A stretch of DNA of 63,984 nt, filler included, from Perkinsus olseni (Eukaryota): NCBI GenBank assembly GCA_013115125.1. It is 15 parts of 15 records of this genome, joined end to end, with 100 filler letters (N's around TTAATTAATTAA, not from the genome) between each part and the next. Parts side by side here need not be neighbours in the genome. Positions count along the whole stretch, not along the records: positions 60,869 to 63,984 come from JABANN010001454.1; 14 more parts are not named here. One strand, 5' to 3'. Position 1 is the first letter of the stretch; every line of letters starts with the position of its first letter. This document shows, in pieces, positions 60,869 to 63,984 of the stretch. The position numbers were made by a program, and so were the translations under genes. The notes beneath the pieces are model-generated. The model did not search any database. It saw only the letters and a program-made list of their open reading frames with translations, and was not told the origin of the DNA.

Positions 60869-63800
60869 CAGCACACGTTCGTCTTTTTTTTGCGCAGCTT
60901 CTTCGAAAAGTTCGATTCAAGGTGCAAGCTGGTATTTAGCTCGTATGACAGGCCACACATCAAAAATGGCGAATCGTACTTGAACGTTGATCGGTCGCTC
61001 ACCTGTAGCATCCGTCTTCCTCCCGGGTCATGCCAAGCGAATTCGATTGACGAGCCTGTGGAAAATTTCCGACATGAAAGTCCTCGGGCATCCTACGGGA
61101 CTTCAGCTCCTCCCACGAGAGCTCCGACAGACCGACTTGACGGAACCAGATGGACTCGGCATACATATTGTGTAATTTGAAGTCCGGGGCAGTCGGAGGT
61201 CGAAGAGCTATGAAAATCGTAGCGTTGTCAGGGGTACCTTTCATGGCCAGCTTACTTTACTGCAGTACGCGTCTCCCTACTTGTGTAAATTTCGGTGATG
61301 ACAAACGCACTATTCGCCTTGCCACCAGAGCTACACCGTGACGAACTGTGCCGGATTTGCATGGTTCCTGAAACGGGAGTCGGTTGGCTCTGTGGAATTC
61401 CGAGTGATACCTCACCGAGATCAGAAATGCAAAAGGGGTAGCTCCAGGCTCCTAGAGACATTGATGCGTCCGAAGCACCGGCGTGCTTGGCCTTAGAGCG
61501 CTGCACGCTTGAAAGCATCGCCGACCGACCAAGGGCTGCTCGGGAGGGGGCTAGTCCAGCGGGCTCGACGCAACAGATATGCACCTTCGAGGGAACGTCT
61601 AGCCGTCAGGCGAGCACACGATTCCCTACCATAACTTTCTCATCACCTTTCGCTTGTTGTGGGTGGAATGACATGCGGCTCGACGGATGAATGCAAAAAT
61701 AATGAAGGCCCGACTCTTCTTGTATCTAGCATGGCTTGAGCCAACTTAGTGGCGTCAGTACCGCAACTCACCCAAATCTGCCGTCCCGTCAAGTTGACGA
61801 ATATGAACCTCGGGACGAGCTCGATCACGCGGGTTCTTATGAATGGAGGCTGGCTGAGCGTTATGTTCACGCCTAGCCAATGTGCCGGCTGTCGGTCGCC
61901 CCTCGGTATGATAACCTGCCCTGAGGCGGCGGCCTGAGGGAGATGACCATGGCGTGAGTATCACCCACTGGCGGTCTCACATCGACTCTGAACGGCTCGC
62001 TGAGCTCGTCACTCGACTGGACGGCCGGAAGGCATGCGGCGCGGACCCTCAGAGTCTTCCTCGGATCCCGGTTGGTACTCACGTCGCTCCTCGAGTGAGT
62101 CCAGAAGCGACCAACTTGCGAACGATTGGCAACCAGACCATCGCCGAAGCCAACCCGCCACAAATAGATAGGAAATTCCAGACGATTTATGACCCAGTAG
62201 GCGCTGTAGAGCGTCACGAATCTCGTGGAGGACTGCAGACGGATGCGTCCATCCAGTGATAGGGGCAGGGCCTCCGATGGGTCAAGAGCGCTAGCCACCT
62301 CTACACGGATGTACAAAGGAGCAGTGCCCTTTTCCCTTTGGGGCTTCAGCCTTAGCACAGAATCGCCCAATCTTGCTTTTGAGAAGGAAACGTCGACCGG
62401 GTCGCTCACGAAGTCACCAGCTTGGACGAGTATTTGCTGCATAAGGCGCGGGCACTTTGCATTCTCCCCCGGCTGGAGGTCATGACAAACCCATCCAGCG
62501 CTGCCATCCGGATCGATGCCAGGCGGAATCAGATGAACTGAGACGCTACGGCAAAGTCGGTTGCGGATCTGCAGGGCCCACTCTAGAAGAATCTCGAACG
62601 ACAAATCAGACGTTCTCGAATTCCGAGCTTGGCTGCTCACAGCGATGACAGTAGAGATGAGAGATAACTTCTGGGCTGTGCCGTCGATAGGTACATCGAA
62701 TTCGAATGACGAGCCGGGCATCNNNNNNNNNNNNNNNNNNNNNNNNNNNNNNNNNNNNNNNNNNNNNNNNNNNNNNNNNNNNNNNNNNNNNNNNNNNNNN
62801 NNNNNNNNNNNNNNNNNNNNNCAGTAGAGATGAGAGATAACTTCTGGGCTGTGCCGTCGATAGGTACATCGAATTCGAATGACGAGCCGGGCATCTGGCT
62901 ATAGTCCTTGATCTGTGTGGATTGGTACCGAGCCAAGCCCTCAAGAGTGGCCCTCGGGAGCAAAGGTGAAATGCATTGCTCCAACCTTCGCCAGGCTTCC
63001 TCGCTATCGGAGCCGTCCCATCGAGAGCCTTGAATAACAGGTTCGCATATCTTCCAGAGACCGAGTCCAATCGCAGCGAACTTCTTGTCACCGATAGCCC
63101 GAGGCTTCGAGCGGAAACACTGCTCAGGTAGCATCCAGTCGATCGGAATAGGAACGGCCTCGCCTGGCGCCAAGATCAGATGGGGTGGTACATATGTGCT
63201 CCGAACAAGCTCTGCTCTAGTCGAGCTTTTCGAGCCTCTCGGGTGATTGCTCGCTCCTCTTGTTTGCATGAAAGACCCACCCGAAGGAACATCGCCCCCT
63301 CCGGAATTTGTCCATGGTTCCCTCCGTGGTCCAACGATCACTAAAATGGCACTCGTGTCGTTGACAACAGTGTAGAGGGAAGATACGCAGACATCCCATA
63401 CTGATAGGGTGGGGTGCAATTCTACCCTGACCATGATCCGGACCGTGGTCCACTCTCGACGAGCTCGGTTGAGGATGCCACTCTCGTTCTCGACACTGCC
63501 TCTTGTCGGCGATGAATCCCTGATTACCCCCTTGGGGGTGCTTCGCAGAACGTTCGTCGCTCTAAATGCTTCGACGGGCACCCGGAAGCTGTGGACGCGG
63601 GAGCAAGACTGATTGAGGGACCCCAGCCGTTCGAGGAAGACTTTATGGCATCCCAGTTGAATACACAGGTCGAAGGGTAGAGTACTGCCGTCGCTCTCAT
63701 TAACCGGCAACGCAAATCCGTCGCGGCAGCCGTTCACGACCTCTAGCCAGTCATCAATGGTTTTCCCAGTCCTCGTCACTCCACGTTCCGGATCTTCCTT

Positions 63801-63984
63801 CGCGGTGCGCACCAAAATAGGGAGGCCAGTCAGGTTCATGAGCTTGGGGCCCCTGCGCCCAGCCATGCCTACGTCCAAAGAGCTAAGAGACCCCTTGATG
63901 TCGACCAAAGACGGGCGTGGCTGCGCAGAGGCGAGGTAGGGAGACGCGGAGGAATCAGGACTTGGAGGCGGCGAGGGTAGACTA
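60869..63984 (-). CDS. VPS13: VPS13-family lipid transfer protein, internal exons (VAB/SHR-binding repeats)
   Basis: VTLYSAYWVINRLEFPI, TRVIELVPRFIFVNLTG, WSYPFCISDLG and YTVVNDT motifs; short introns; N gap at 62723-62821. Confidence 0.82.

Noticed and set aside
61733-61742. TTGGCTCAAG SL fragment on the minus strand
   Set aside because: 10-nt match within the VPS13 region; the 5' half of the SL is absent
62649-62895. 74-bp direct repeat across the N gap in VPS13
   Set aside because: Unmerged overlapping contig ends; collapsing it restores one reading frame

Overview
Eukaryotic draft-assembly DNA, not one locus. Fifteen unplaced contigs of about 4.2-4.3 kb, ordered by decreasing length, are joined by artificial 100-nt N-TTAATTAATTAA-N spacers, so nothing is linked across a spacer. 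The 40-58-nt GT-AG introns, the secreted-protein families and a spliced-leader-like motif suggest a Perkinsus-type alveolate (inference). Host genes: VPS51-like, strawberry-notch-like C-terminus, VPS13-like, a truncated exostosin/GT47 gene and several small secreted proteins. Most of the rest is mobile DNA: Ty3/gypsy elements, a DIRS/Ngaro-type YR element, hAT and MULE transposases, two MITEs, and a TRIM with a matching solo LTR. The standout is a complete TSD-flanked Ty3/gypsy element (56681-60652). Each of its identical 164-bp LTRs carries a hammerhead ribozyme core, and the predicted cut exposes a 22-nt spliced-leader-like 5' end. In place of a tRNA PBS it has a 15-nt tract complementary to its own LTR. 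All calls come from manual motif reading; no searches or folding programs were run.
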